Origin: a candidate division FCPU426 bacterium
GTDB taxonomy: Bacteria; Oederibacteriota; JAAXVQ01; JAUVAV01
DNA length: 64,000 bases
NCBI GenBank assembly: GCA_040756875.1
Contig: JBFLYH010000001.1
Span: 480,001 to 544,000 of the forward strand
Reading direction: 5' to 3'
Both the position numbers and the translations under genes were made by a program. The notes under the pieces were generated by a model that saw only the letters and a program-made list of their open reading frames with translations, was not told the DNA's origin and searched no databases. Positions 47,267 to 59,027 of the stretch are shown piece after piece. Numbering within the stretch: the stretch's first letter is position 1; every line of letters starts with the position of its first letter.

Positions 47267-48802
47267 ATGGCGGAACTTCCGGTACTTAATCAGCAGTCCA
47301 CGCCCCTGTTCGAAGCGGTCATTAATTACGCCAAAGGACGGAAAATATCCTTCCATACCCCCGGGCACAAACACGGTGTTTCCATTCCGCAGGAGTTCCG
47401 GAATTTCGTTGGGGAAAAGATATTCGATTGCGACCTCACGCTGCTGGAGGAAGTGGATTCCCTGCACGAACCGAAGAGCGTGATCCGGGAGGCGCAAAGA
47501 CTGGCGGCGCAGGCCTACGGCGCGGATTACGCTTTTTTCCTGGTCAACGGGACTTCGGGCGGGAACCATGCCATGCTGCTTTCGGTTTGCGATCCCGGCG
47601 ACAAAATCATCATCCCGCGCAACGTGCATCGCTCAGTTCTGGCGGGAATCATTTTTTCAGGCGCCATTCCGATTTATATCATGCCGGAGCGGGACGAGGA
47701 CCGGAATCAAATGCTGAACGTTACGCCTGAAGCCGTGGATCGCGCCATCCAGCGCCATCCCGACGCCAAGGCCGTGCTGGTAACGCATCCAACCTACCAG
47801 GGCATCGGCGCCAATCTGCGTGAAATTTCACGCCTGGCCAAACGCGCCAAAATGCAGTTTCTGGTCGATGAAGCCCACGGCCCCCACCTGAAATTCCATC
47901 CGGATTTGCCCCCTGCGGCAATGGACTGCGGGGCGGATATATGCGTGCAAAGCACGCACAAAATCATCAGCAGCCTGACACAGGCCTCCCTGTTGCTGGC
48001 CCGCCGCTCGGTGGATGTCCTCAAGCTGAAGCGCATTCTTTCTTTGCTCATGACCACCAGCCCGTCCTACCTGCTTTTAGCCTCGCTGGATCTGGCGCGG
48101 ATGCAGATGGCTACCCGGGGAAGGGAATTGCTGAATGTAGCCATTATGCTGGCCGAAGATGCCCGCCAGCGCATCAATGCTTTGCCGGGGATGACGTGCC
48201 AGGGCAAGGAAATGGCGGGGCGACCGGGCGTGCACGCGGTCGATGTGACCAAACTGTGCATTAATGTGAGCGGAACGGGATTCACAGGCTTCGAAGTTGC
48301 CAAACAATTGAATGAAAAATTTAAAATTCAGGTTGAATTCGCCGATCTTGATACGATACTATTGATCGTTTCGATCGGGAATACGGAAAAAGATATTTCG
48401 CGACTGATCCTTGCGCTGGAGTCGATAGCCAAAGACGCCCAGGGCACGCCCCACGCGTCACGCAAGGAACATCTCCGCTTCCCGGAGGAATTGCCGGAAG
48501 TGGTGATGACCCCGCGCGAAGCGGTTTTTTCGGCGACTAAAAAAGTTTCCCTGAAAGCCGCGGTCGGCCAGATCAGCGCCGAGGTTTTTTCGCCCTACCC
48601 GCCGGGAATTCCGTTGTTAAACCCCGGCGAACGAATTTCGGGAGAAATTCTGCACTACCTCAAGGAACTTCACAACCGGGGCGGACGGGTCCAGGGCCAA
48701 TCGGACCCGGAGCTGCGGACGATCAAGGTGGTGGAACCCGGGCTGAAAGAAACGGCCGCAGAAGCGGAGTTGAGAAAAGCCAAACAACCCTCGCTGTGGT
48801 GA
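47267..48802 (+). CDS. PLP-dependent Orn/Lys/Arg decarboxylase (Bacillus SpeA-like)
   Basis: FHTPGHK, FLVNGTS, VDEAHG, QSTHK, TTSPSY, PYPPGIP. Confidence 0.92.
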   Translation: MAELPVLNQQSTPLFEAVINYAKGRKISFHTPGHKHGVSIPQEFRNFVGEKIFDCDLTLLEEVDSLHEPKSVIREAQRLAAQAYGADYAFFLVNGTSGGNHAMLLSVCDPGDKIIIPRNVHRSVLAGIIFSGAIPIYIMPERDEDRNQMLNVTPEAVDRAIQRHPDAKAVLVTHPTYQGIGANLREISRLAKRAKMQFLVDEAHGPHLKFHPDLPPAAMDCGADICVQSTHKIISSLTQASLLLARRSVDVLKLKRILSLLMTTSPSYLLLASLDLARMQMATRGRELLNVAIMLAEDARQRINALPGMTCQGKEMAGRPGVHAVDVTKLCINVSGTGFTGFEVAKQLNEKFKIQVEFADLDTILLIVSIGNTEKDISRLILALESIAKDAQGTPHASRKEHLRFPEELPEVVMTPREAVFSATKKVSLKAAVGQISAEVFSPYPPGIPLLNPGERISGEILHYLKELHNRGGRVQGQSDPELRTIKVVEPGLKETAAEAELRKAKQPSLW

Positions 48803-48856
48803 GGAGATGCCGAATACCCGCTGGGTATGATTTCGTCAAGAAAGTTGGTGCAGTGA

Positions 48857-49249
48857 ATGAAAAAAAACCAGATCGATTACTTTCGGAAAATTCTGCAGAC
48901 TCAAAAGCAAAATTTGCTCGCCAAGGTCAAGAACAGCGTCGACATGAACAGAGAGGAAGCTTCGGATGAAGTCCGCGATGCCGCCGATTTTGCCTCGGAT
49001 TTTTACGAGCGCGAATTGGCCATGGGTTTGACCGAAACCGAACGTGTGCGTTTGCAGGAAGTGGAAGAGGCGTTGGACCGCCTCGAAAGCGGGAAATACG
49101 GCAAATGCGAAACCTGCGGCAATCTGATTTCCACCTCGCGCCTGGAAGCGCTGCCGTTTGCCCGGCTATGCATTGAATGCAAATCGAAGGAAGAGAAGCT
49201 CAATAACAATAACAACAGCCAGTTGAATAATAATAGCACCGGGTTCTGA
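48857..49249 (+). CDS. DksA/TraR family C4 zinc-finger protein
   Basis: DAADFA coiled-coil tip; YGKCETCG..RLEALP...CIECK. Confidence 0.92.
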   Translation: MKKNQIDYFRKILQTQKQNLLAKVKNSVDMNREEASDEVRDAADFASDFYERELAMGLTETERVRLQEVEEALDRLESGKYGKCETCGNLISTSRLEALPFARLCIECKSKEEKLNNNNNSQLNNNSTGF

Positions 49250-49262
49250 ATGGGAGCGGCTC

Positions 49263-50234
49263 ATGCTGCAAGCGCTTTGCATCAATCGCGCCAAAAAGTT
49301 GACGAGGGTCGAGACGGCCTCGGAAATCGCCCGCTTATTGCGCAGCCGGTCCAATCTTCTGTGGGTGGATATCACCAATCCCGAGGAAGATGACATCGAC
49401 ATTCTGGTGGAGGTCTTCCGCTTCCACCAGTTGGCCATCGAAGACGCCATTTTTCCGCAAAACCAGCCAAAACTGGAAAGTTACCATTCCTATCTTCACG
49501 TCGTGGTCCACGAACTGAGCTATCCCTCGCGGCAATCCCTAGAGGTGGGGACGCACGAATTGAACATTTTCATCGGCAGGAATTTCGTGGTCACCAGCCA
49601 TTTGAATACCCTGGTTTCGGTTTCGAAGCTCTTTCAAAAATATCAAACCAAGACCCACTCCCTGCAACCGGCCAGCGATTTTCTGCTACACGCCATCATC
49701 GACCAGGTGGTAGACGGATATTTTCCGGTCATCGATCAACTCGAACAGCGCATCGAAAAGCTGGAGGACGAAGTTCTGGCCGGCGCCAATAAGCAGGTGC
49801 TGGAAAAAATCGTCGAAATACGGAAAAACATCCTCACCATCCGCAATTTTATCCAGCCCCAGCGAAAAATCCTCAACCTCCTCGGCCGCTCCAACACGCC
49901 GTTCGTTTCCCGCTCGATTGCGACCTATTTCCGCGATGTTTACGACCACGTGGTTCGCATCAGCGACATGCTGGACACTTACCGGGACGTGCTGGCGTCG
50001 ACCATGGATGCCTATGTCTCGGTGGTGTCCCTGCGCATGAACGAAATCATCAAAACGCTGACCACCATCACCACCATCCTCATGCCCCTGACGGTGATCA
50101 CCAGCTTTTACGGTATGAACGTTAAAATACCTGAATTCGAACTGGGGCGCTTTGGATATTACATTTCCCTCGGTCTCCTGGTTCTGGCCCTTACCGGCAT
50201 GGTCATCTTCCTCAAACGCAAGAAATGGCTGTAA
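49263..50234 (+). CDS. corA: Magnesium/cobalt transporter CorA
   Basis: LWVDI, FH.LAIED, MNEIIKTLT, FYGMN, KKWL. Confidence 0.95.
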   Translation: MLQALCINRAKKLTRVETASEIARLLRSRSNLLWVDITNPEEDDIDILVEVFRFHQLAIEDAIFPQNQPKLESYHSYLHVVVHELSYPSRQSLEVGTHELNIFIGRNFVVTSHLNTLVSVSKLFQKYQTKTHSLQPASDFLLHAIIDQVVDGYFPVIDQLEQRIEKLEDEVLAGANKQVLEKIVEIRKNILTIRNFIQPQRKILNLLGRSNTPFVSRSIATYFRDVYDHVVRISDMLDTYRDVLASTMDAYVSVVSLRMNEIIKTLTTITTILMPLTVITSFYGMNVKIPEFELGRFGYYISLGLLVLALTGMVIFLKRKKWL

Positions 50235-50514
50235 ACAGGCAAAAATACCTCTCGCCCAATTCATCCGTATAATTCAAAGCCAACGGGCCGTTTGGAAGCC
50301 TAAGCCCGGGAGATAAGAAGGATGATTGGTTATTATTGGTAGGAGGAATACGGTAATAGGCTTTTTTGGAGAACGTTAGTCAGGGAGAAGCATGCTATAA
50401 AAACATTGACGAGCGACAAGTCCTGTGCAACAATATGCGCCGTTTATTCAAAAGAAGCGTGAGCAAGCCCCTTTTTTAACCTTGCCCGACAAGGCTTTTT
50501 CGGGACGCGAATGA

Positions 50515-51573
<1,059 letters not shown>

Positions 51574-51662
51574 CCAGCCATTCGGGAAACAACGGCGGGA
51601 ATTGCAGGCCGACTGCGGTTCCCGCCGCCCGCTTTAACCAGGCCGAAATGGGGGAGTGCCAT

Positions 51663-52856
51663 ATGCAGAAACTTTCGCTCGCGGATCTCAAGGTCAAGGA
51701 CCAGCGTGTGCTGGTGCGCGTGGATTTCAACGTACCCCAGGAAGCGGACGGTACCATCACCGACGATACACGCATCCGCGCCGCGTTGCCGACCATCGAA
51801 TTTCTACGAAAGGGCGGTGCCAAGATCATCTTGTGTTCGCATCTGGGCCGTCCCAAGGGCGAGCCAAGCGACCGGAAGACTTTTTCCCTGGCGCCAGTGG
51901 CCAAACGTCTGGGCGAGTTGCTGAAAATCAACGTCAAGATGGCGCCGGATGTGGTCGGCCCCGACGTAACCACCCTGGCCAACCAACTGCAGCCGGGCGA
52001 GGTCCTGATGCTTGAAAACGTCCGGTTTGTCAAGGGGGAGACTAAAAACGATCCCGAGTTTTCCAAACAGCTCGCCGCCCTCGCCGATCTGTACGTGAAC
52101 GATGCTTTCGGCTCGGCGCACCGAGCCCATTGTTCCACCGAAGGAGTGGCGAAACTGGTCAAACAAGCGGCCGCCGGTTTCCTGATGGAAAAGGAAATCC
52201 ATTATTTGAGCCAGGCTGTTTCGAATCCCGAACGCCCGTTTGTGGCCATTTTGGGCGGGGCGAAAATCTCGGGAAAACTCGAAGTCATTCAGAATCTGCT
52301 GCCGAAAGTGGACAGCTTGTTGATCGGCGGCGGCATGGCCTACACTTTTTTAAAGGCCAAGTCCATCGGCATCGGCAAATCGATTTGCGAGGATGATCTG
52401 ATTCCCACGGCTAAGCAAATTCTCAAGCAGGCGCTGGATCTGAATAAACAACTGTTGTTGCCGATCGACCACATCGTGGCCGATGAAATCAAGGCCGACG
52501 CCAAGCAGAAGCATGTACCGCGCAACAATATCGATGAGGGCTGGCAGGGCGTGGATATCGGGCCGGATACAGTGAGGAAATTCACGGCAGCCATCAAGAT
52601 GGCCAAAACCATTGTCTGGAACGGGCCGATGGGCGTGTTTGAAATTCCGGCTTTTTCCAAAGGCACCCTGGCCATGGCTTCGGCTTTGGCCGAGTCCAAA
52701 GCCACAACCATCGTCGGAGGAGGGGATTCCGTGGCAGCGATCACCCAGATGGGTCTCGCCGACAAAATGACGCATGTCTCCACCGGCGGCGGCGCTTCGC
52801 TGGAATTTTTAGAGGGGAAGGAACTGCCGGGCGTGGCGGCTTTGACCAACCGTTGA
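51663..52856 (+). CDS. pgk: Phosphoglycerate kinase
   Basis: RVDFNVP, SHLGRP, DAFGSAHR, WNGPMG, STGGGASLE. Confidence 0.99.
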   Translation: MQKLSLADLKVKDQRVLVRVDFNVPQEADGTITDDTRIRAALPTIEFLRKGGAKIILCSHLGRPKGEPSDRKTFSLAPVAKRLGELLKINVKMAPDVVGPDVTTLANQLQPGEVLMLENVRFVKGETKNDPEFSKQLAALADLYVNDAFGSAHRAHCSTEGVAKLVKQAAAGFLMEKEIHYLSQAVSNPERPFVAILGGAKISGKLEVIQNLLPKVDSLLIGGGMAYTFLKAKSIGIGKSICEDDLIPTAKQILKQALDLNKQLLLPIDHIVADEIKADAKQKHVPRNNIDEGWQGVDIGPDTVRKFTAAIKMAKTIVWNGPMGVFEIPAFSKGTLAMASALAESKATTIVGGGDSVAAITQMGLADKMTHVSTGGGASLEFLEGKELPGVAALTNR

Positions 52857-52910
52857 GTTGGCGAACGCCTGAACCATTTGCCTCTATTACCTGTAGAAAC
52901 GGATGAACCC

Positions 52911-53669
52911 ATGAGGATACCGATCATTGCCGGGAATTGGAAGCTGAACAAGATCCAGAACGAAGCCGAAAGCTTGGCCAAGGAAGTGGCGGCCGGCGTG
53001 CGGCCACAGGGCGGAGTGGAAGTTGTCCTGTGCCCGCCTTATACGGCATTGGCCTCGGTTCGCAACGCGATCCGAAACACGCCGGTCCGGCTGGGCGCGC
53101 AGGACATGTTTTGGGAAGCCTCAGGCGCCTTTACCGGAGAAGTCTCGGGCCCGATGCTTGCGGACGCGGGCTGCGCCTATGTGATCATCGGACACTCGGA
53201 ACGGCGGCAGTATTTCGGTGAAACCAACGAAACCGTCAACCGCAAAGTCAAAGCCGCGCTTCAAGCCGGGTTGCTGCCCATCGTATGCGTGGGGGAAACG
53301 CTCCCTGAACGCGAGGCCGGAAAAGTCGAAGCCGTGGTGAGCGAGCATGTCCGCCTTGGATTGGCCGGTTTATCCCCGGCGGAAATGGGCAAGATTGTCG
53401 TGGCCTATGAGCCGGTTTGGGCCATCGGGACCGGCAAAACGGCCACACCGGAACAGGCACAGGAAGTTCACGGCCTTATCCGCCGCCTGTTGACTGACAT
53501 GGCGGGTGCGGACACGGCCCAAACCATACGAATTCAATACGGCGGCAGCGTCAAACCGGACAATGTCAAACAACTGATGGCCAAGCCCGATATCGACGGC
53601 GCCCTGGTGGGAGGAGCCAGCTTGAAGGCAGACTCCTTCCTGGCCTTGGTCAATTACCAATCCGCCTAG
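52911..53669 (+). CDS. tpiA: Triosephosphate isomerase
   Basis: GNWK, GHSERR, AYEPVWAIGTG, YGGS, LVGGASL. Confidence 0.99.
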   Translation: MRIPIIAGNWKLNKIQNEAESLAKEVAAGVRPQGGVEVVLCPPYTALASVRNAIRNTPVRLGAQDMFWEASGAFTGEVSGPMLADAGCAYVIIGHSERRQYFGETNETVNRKVKAALQAGLLPIVCVGETLPEREAGKVEAVVSEHVRLGLAGLSPAEMGKIVVAYEPVWAIGTGKTATPEQAQEVHGLIRRLLTDMAGADTAQTIRIQYGGSVKPDNVKQLMAKPDIDGALVGGASLKADSFLALVNYQSA

Positions 53670-53693
53670 AGGCGGCCAGCAGGAGGACAAACC

Positions 53694-54041
53694 ATGCTTG
53701 TGAGTTTATTGTGGGCAGTGCATATCATCAACTGCCTGATTTTGGTGGTGGTGGTATTATTGCAGGCCGGCCGGGGTTCGACGGTCGGTTTATCTTTCGG
53801 CGGAGGCGCGTCGCAGACGGTTTTCGGTTCTTCGGGTGGAAAGAACTTCTTCGCCCGTCTGACCTCCGGATTGGCGATCCTGTTCATGGTGACCTCGATT
53901 CTGTTGTCCCTGACCTCGTCGCGCCAATCCCGCGGCTATCGCGGCGTAATGCAACAGCTACCGGCAGCTGAACAACCAGCTGCGCCTGCGCAACCCAGTT
54001 CCGAACCGGCCGAACCCTCTAATCTCCCTCCGGCACCCTAG
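53694..54041 (+). CDS. secG: Preprotein translocase subunit SecG
   Basis: Two TM helices, LLQ.G...GGG.SQTVFGS. Confidence 0.93.
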   Translation: MLVSLLWAVHIINCLILVVVVLLQAGRGSTVGLSFGGGASQTVFGSSGGKNFFARLTSGLAILFMVTSILLSLTSSRQSRGYRGVMQQLPAAEQPAAPAQPSSEPAEPSNLPPAP

Positions 54042-54066
54042 AAGGGGAGAACAAACGGGTTTTCAG

Positions 54067-54095
54067 TTGACAAGGGGGATGGGGAAAGCTATAAT
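54067..54095 (+). promoter_or_regulatory. Consensus sigma70 promoter for yceD-rpmF-plsX-fab operon
   Basis: TTGACA (54067-54072), 17-bp spacer, TATAAT (54090-54095). Confidence 0.88.
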
Positions 54096-54118
54096 CCCTC
54101 CTCCACGGCTACCAATAA

Positions 54119-54676
54119 ATGGAAAAAGGTTTGAAAATAAACGTTAATTCGTTAGCCGCTGATCCGGTTCCGGTTATAGCGGAGATGGATCCCGGGCTTT
54201 TCGAGTTGGGATCCGAGGGGATCGTACGCGATCCGGTCCGAGTCAATGTAAACGTTCACCGGTTGGGAGAGAAGGTTTATATCCGTGGCCGAATCGAAAC
54301 CACGGTGCAATTGCAGTGCTCTCGTTGTTTGCGGGAATTATACCAACCAGTGGAATCTCCGCTGGTTTTATTAGCGGTTCCAGCCAACCAAGTGACAGAA
54401 GGTCAGTCTCCGGCAACGGCCGAAGGGGCTGAAAAAGACGATGCCGTTGGAATTGTATATAACGGCGATCAACTGGATTTAACGCCGGAAATCGAAAATA
54501 TCCTGACGCTGGCGCTGCCCATGAAGCCTTTGTGCAGCGATCAATGTCCGGGTTTATGCCCCCGGTGCGGAGCGGGATTAGCCGAGGGTGCGTGTGAATG
54601 CAACCGAAGCGATGAAGGGCCTGATTCCAGAGAATCTGGCGGGCCGTTTTCAGCTTTAAAAAAGTGGCATCCGTAA
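54119..54676 (+). CDS. yceD: DUF177/YceD protein
   Basis: CSRCL, LPMKPLC..CPGLCPRCG; upstream of rpmF. Confidence 0.92.
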   Translation: MEKGLKINVNSLAADPVPVIAEMDPGLFELGSEGIVRDPVRVNVNVHRLGEKVYIRGRIETTVQLQCSRCLRELYQPVESPLVLLAVPANQVTEGQSPATAEGAEKDDAVGIVYNGDQLDLTPEIENILTLALPMKPLCSDQCPGLCPRCGAGLAEGACECNRSDEGPDSRESGGPFSALKKWHP

Positions 54677-54718
54677 TGTCCGGCCCGGTTTTGCGGGCCA
54701 AGGAGAGGAGCAGGATCC

Positions 54719-54901
54719 ATGGCAAATCCTAAGCGCAAATTTTCAAAGGCGCGCACTCATAAACGGCGTTCCCAATGGAAGGCCGCATCCGTGCACATTT
54801 CCGTTTGTCCGCAGTGCCAGCAACCCAAACAACCCCACCGGCTGTGCCCCAATTGCGGCTATTACCGGGGCAAAGAAATCATCAGCCCGGCCCAGCAGTA
54901 A
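54719..54901 (+). CDS. rpmF: 50S ribosomal protein L32 (Zn-ribbon form)
   Basis: MANPKRK.SK, CPQC..PHRLCPNCGYY. Confidence 0.97.
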   Translation: MANPKRKFSKARTHKRRSQWKAASVHISVCPQCQQPKQPHRLCPNCGYYRGKEIISPAQQ

Positions 54902-54919
54902 TCGAGAGGCAGCCAAAAC

Positions 54920-55945
54920 GTGCGCGTCGCATTGGACTGCATGGGTGGGGATCGGGGCCCGGTTACCACGATCACCGGCGCTTTGGAAGCAGCCAGTCTC
55001 AACCCCGAATTGATTATTGTGCTGGTGGGTGACCAGGAAACCATTCATTCCATCCTGGCCAAGCATAAACGCAGCTATCGCCCCCAGCAGATCGAAGTCG
55101 TTCACGCCTCGGATGAGATCACCATGGATGATTCGCCGGCCCAAGCGGCCAGGCAGAAGAAAAAATCCTCCATGCACGTCGCCAACCAGCTCGTCAAAGA
55201 CGGACAAGCGGACGCCGTGTTTACAGCCGGGAACACCGGCGCGGCGATGGGTGTATCCCTGCTCACCCTGGGAAGGATTCCAGGCATTATCCGTCCCGCC
55301 TTGATGGTCAATATCCCTTCCCTGACGCGCCACGGCTGGAGCTCGGTTCTTGATGTAGGCGCCAATGTCGACTGTAAGCCTAAAATGCTGGCCCAGTTCG
55401 CGGTCATGGGTGATCTCTATCACCGAAACTTGCTTAATGTGCCTTCCCCCCGTGTTGGACTGCTTTCCCTGGGCGAAGAGGACTCCAAGGGCAACGAATT
55501 GATCCGCGAGACCCATGAAATCCTCAGGGGGCTTAAACACATTCATTTCATTGGCAATGTGGAAGGGCAGGATCTGGTCAACGGCCGGGCGGATGTGGTG
55601 GTTTGCGACGGCTTTGTGGGCAATGTGATTTTAAAATTCGGCGAAGGCATCATGCGCCTGTTCGGGGACATTCTCAAACGGGAAGTCCTCAATGGAAACC
55701 TTTTCACCAAGCTGACCGTGGGCCTGCTGACTCCCACGATCAGGCGGATCTACCGCCGCATGGATTACAAGGAGTACGGGAGTGCGCCTTTGCTTGGCGT
55801 CAACGGGATTTCCACCATCGGGCATGGAAAATCCAACAGCAAGGCCATCAAAAGCGCCATCCTCCACGCCGCCCGCTATGTGTCCGCGCACATCAACGAT
55901 AAGATCGAACTGGCTTTGCGTGAAAACGGAGTTGCGGAACTGTGA
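54920..55945 (+). CDS. plsX: Phosphate acyltransferase PlsX
   Basis: ALDCMGGD, AGNTGA, LDVGAN, CDGFVGN. Confidence 0.97.
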   Translation: MRVALDCMGGDRGPVTTITGALEAASLNPELIIVLVGDQETIHSILAKHKRSYRPQQIEVVHASDEITMDDSPAQAARQKKKSSMHVANQLVKDGQADAVFTAGNTGAAMGVSLLTLGRIPGIIRPALMVNIPSLTRHGWSSVLDVGANVDCKPKMLAQFAVMGDLYHRNLLNVPSPRVGLLSLGEEDSKGNELIRETHEILRGLKHIHFIGNVEGQDLVNGRADVVVCDGFVGNVILKFGEGIMRLFGDILKREVLNGNLFTKLTVGLLTPTIRRIYRRMDYKEYGSAPLLGVNGISTIGHGKSNSKAIKSAILHAARYVSAHINDKIELALRENGVAEL

Positions 55946-56931
55946 ACCAACCGCGACGTGTGGGCATCGCGGGCATCGGTTATTACCTGCCTGAGCGCGT
56001 GTTGACCAACCGTGAATTGGAGTCCCGCCTCGACACGACCGACGAGTGGATCGTCTCCCGTACAGGCATCAAGGAGCGGTGCCTCGCCGGGCCGGAGCAA
56101 TCCGCCTCGGATCTGGGTGTGATCGCCGCCGAACGGGCCCTGGCCGATGCCGGCATCGCCGCCTCGGATCTGGACATAATCGTGACGGCCACCGCTTCTC
56201 CGGATATGGTGTTTCCAGCCACCGGCTGCCTGATCCAATCGCGGATCGGTGCCAGCCAGGCCGGAGCTTTTGATTTGAATGCGGTATGTTCGGGTTTTTT
56301 GTATGCGTACATCACCGGCGCCGCCCTGGTGCGGTCAGGACAGGCGGAACGGGTATTGGTGGTGGCTACCGAAAAATTTTCCTCGCTGCTGGACTGGCAG
56401 GATCGCAGCACCTGTGTTTTGATGGGCGATGGCGCAGGTGCCATTGTGCTGACCGCCGATGCGCCGCACGGGGAATTGCTTTCGAGCCTTATGGGCGCCG
56501 ATGGGCAGGGCATTGAGTATTTATGGATTCCCGCCGGTGGTTCGAAACAGCCCACCTCCCACGAGACCGTGGACCAGCGCTTGCATTATATGAAAATGAA
56601 CGGACCTGAGATTTACAAATTCGGAGTGCGCATCATCGGTGAGGCGGTGGCCCGGGCTCTGAAGCAGGCGGGATTGAAAGAGTCAGACCTGGATTTGCTT
56701 ATCCCGCATCAGGCGAATATCCGCATTCTGCAATCGGCCGCCAAACGTTTCGATCTGCCAATGGAAAAAGTACTCGTCAACATCGAACGTTACAGCAACA
56801 CTTCAGCCGCCTCGGTGCCCATTGCCTTGGGCGAAGCCAAGGAGCGCGGCCTCCTCAAGCCGGGGATGAATGTGGCCCTGGTGGCCTTTGGGGCCGGCTT
56901 GACGTGGGGTTCGGCCATATTACGCTGGTAA
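55942..56931 (+). CDS. fabH: Beta-ketoacyl-ACP synthase III
   Basis: WIVSRTGI, AVCSGF, PHQAN, NTSAAS, FGAGLTWG. Confidence 0.97.
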   Translation: MNQPRRVGIAGIGYYLPERVLTNRELESRLDTTDEWIVSRTGIKERCLAGPEQSASDLGVIAAERALADAGIAASDLDIIVTATASPDMVFPATGCLIQSRIGASQAGAFDLNAVCSGFLYAYITGAALVRSGQAERVLVVATEKFSSLLDWQDRSTCVLMGDGAGAIVLTADAPHGELLSSLMGADGQGIEYLWIPAGGSKQPTSHETVDQRLHYMKMNGPEIYKFGVRIIGEAVARALKQAGLKESDLDLLIPHQANIRILQSAAKRFDLPMEKVLVNIERYSNTSAASVPIALGEAKERGLLKPGMNVALVAFGAGLTWGSAILRW

Positions 56932-56952
56932 CCATCGCAAGGAGAACAACGC

Positions 56953-57909
56953 ATGTCAAAAACCGGTCTGGTTTTCCCGGGGCAGGGATCCCAATTCGCA
57001 GGCATGGGCAAGGAACTGGTTGCCGCTTTTCCTGAAGCCCAGGCTATTTACCGCCAGGCGGATGAAATTCTTGGATTCCCGCTCACCCGGTTGATGTTGG
57101 AAGGCCCGGAAGAGGAATTGAAGCAGACATCCGTGGCGCAACCGGCGATTCTAACTGCCTCCATGGCTGCCTGGGCGGCCTTGGGCCGGGTATGGAAGCC
57201 CGATTCAAGCCTGTGCCTGGCTGCCGGGCATTCTTTGGGAGAATATTCCGCGCTCGTGGCAGCCGGAGTCATGGATTTTGCAGTTGCCCTCAAGCTGGTT
57301 CGCCGCCGCGGGGAATTAATGCAGGAAGCAGCCCAGGCGGTTGAAGGCGGCATGGCTGCGGTGATCGGGCTGACTGAACCGGAAGTGACCTCCCTTTGCC
57401 TGGAAGCCGACGCCAATGGCCAAGTGCAGCCGGCCAATTTCAATTCGCCCGGCCAAGTGGTGGTTTCCGGATCCAAGGCAGGATTGGCTTCGCTCGAGTC
57501 GCTGGCCAAAGCCAGGAAAGTCCGCGTGCTGCCCCTCGCGGTTTCCGGGCCTTTTCACTCGCGTTTCATGCAGCCGGCCGCCGACCGGCTGGCCCCGGAG
57601 CTGGCTAAAGTCGAGTTGCGTCCCGCACGCTTTCCGGTCATCGCCAATGTTTCGGCTGCGCCTGTGACCCAGCCGGATGAGATCCGGGCCGTTTTATTGG
57701 AGCAGGTTACGGGTTCGGTCCGGTGGGAGGAATCTGTGCGGAAATTAACCAGCTTGGGCGCCACCCGTCTGCTGGAAATAGGTCCAGGCAAGGTGCTCAG
57801 GGGTTTAGTCAAGAAAATCGACCCGTCGCTGGCGGTTTTCGGCGCGTTTGCACTGGAAGAAATCAACCAGACCGCATTGGAAGTCTCCCGCGTGGGGGCT
57901 TCCAGCTAG
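56953..57909 (+). CDS. fabD: Malonyl-CoA-ACP transacylase
   Basis: FPGQGSQ, GHSLGEY, SGPFHS. Confidence 0.97.
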   Translation: MSKTGLVFPGQGSQFAGMGKELVAAFPEAQAIYRQADEILGFPLTRLMLEGPEEELKQTSVAQPAILTASMAAWAALGRVWKPDSSLCLAAGHSLGEYSALVAAGVMDFAVALKLVRRRGELMQEAAQAVEGGMAAVIGLTEPEVTSLCLEADANGQVQPANFNSPGQVVVSGSKAGLASLESLAKARKVRVLPLAVSGPFHSRFMQPAADRLAPELAKVELRPARFPVIANVSAAPVTQPDEIRAVLLEQVTGSVRWEESVRKLTSLGATRLLEIGPGKVLRGLVKKIDPSLAVFGAFALEEINQTALEVSRVGASS

Positions 57910-57929
57910 ACCGTGGAAAGGGGAAGCAG

Positions 57930-58676
57930 ATGACCTTGAAAGGAAAAATAGCGTGGATTACAGGGGGAGCCCAGGGAATCGGGCTGGCCATTGCCAAAGA
58001 ACTCGCCCAAAAGGGCGCTGATTTGGCCATTGCCGACGTCAATCTGGAAAAAGCCGAAGCTGCCGCCAAACAGCTTGCCGCCGAGACCGGCAGGCAGGTT
58101 TTGGCGGTAAAAATGAATGTGGCTTCCTATTCGGAGGTTGAAGAGGGCGTTAAAATAATCGTTGACAAATATGGCCGCGTCGATATATTGGTCAATAACG
58201 CCGGGGTAACCAGGGACGGTTTGATCATGCGAATGAACGAATCGGACTGGGATCTGGTCCTGGCGATCAATTTAAAAGGGACTTTTAACTGCATTAAAGC
58301 CGTCAGCCGGCCCATGCTGAAGCAGCGGTCCGGAAGGATCGTAAACATTGCTTCAGTCGTGGGATTGATGGGAAACGCCGGCCAGGCCAATTATTCCGCC
58401 AGCAAGGCCGGGGTAATCGGTTTGACGAAAACGGCGGCCAAAGAACTTGCGAGCCGCTCCATTACCGTCAATGCTGTAGCCCCGGGATTCATTAAAACCC
58501 AGATGACTGACGTATTGTCGGACGAAGCCAAGGAAGCCTTGAAGAAATTGATACCGCTGGGCACCCTGGGAGAGCCGGAAGATGTGGCGAAAACCGTGGC
58601 TTTCCTCGCGTCGGATGAAGCGGCGTATATTACCGGTCAGGTACTGGCCGTGGACGGTGGCATGGTAATGCAATAA
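57930..58676 (+). CDS. fabG: 3-oxoacyl-ACP reductase
   Basis: [25 protein letters not shown]. Confidence 0.97.
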   Translation: MTLKGKIAWITGGAQGIGLAIAKELAQKGADLAIADVNLEKAEAAAKQLAAETGRQVLAVKMNVASYSEVEEGVKIIVDKYGRVDILVNNAGVTRDGLIMRMNESDWDLVLAINLKGTFNCIKAVSRPMLKQRSGRIVNIASVVGLMGNAGQANYSASKAGVIGLTKTAAKELASRSITVNAVAPGFIKTQMTDVLSDEAKEALKKLIPLGTLGEPEDVAKTVAFLASDEAAYITGQVLAVDGGMVMQ

Positions 58677-58743
58677 TCCTCCCCGCGGTCAAGCGCGGCG
58701 GCGGGCAGCACAAAAAAAGAAAAACCCAAGGAGGTTCAAGAGC

Positions 58744-58989
58744 GTGGCATTAGAAGCGAAAGTCAAAGAGATTATAGCGAATCAATTGGGTGTCAACCCC
58801 GATGAAGTGACCAATGAGGCGTCCTTCATTGATGATTTGGGCGCCGATTCCCTGGATACGGTGGAATTGGTCATGGCGCTGGAGGAAGAATTCGGCATGG
58901 AAATTCCCGATGACGAAGCGGAAAAGATCAAAACCGTCGGGGACGCCATCGAATTCATCAAGTCCCATGCAAATATAGCCCAGTCATAA
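58744..58989 (+). CDS. acpP: Acyl carrier protein
   Basis: [20 protein letters not shown]. Confidence 0.98.
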   Translation: MALEAKVKEIIANQLGVNPDEVTNEASFIDDLGADSLDTVELVMALEEEFGMEIPDDEAEKIKTVGDAIEFIKSHANIAQS

Positions 58990-59027
58990 GAACCCACTCA
59001 GCTTCATTCCGCACATGATCAACGGAG

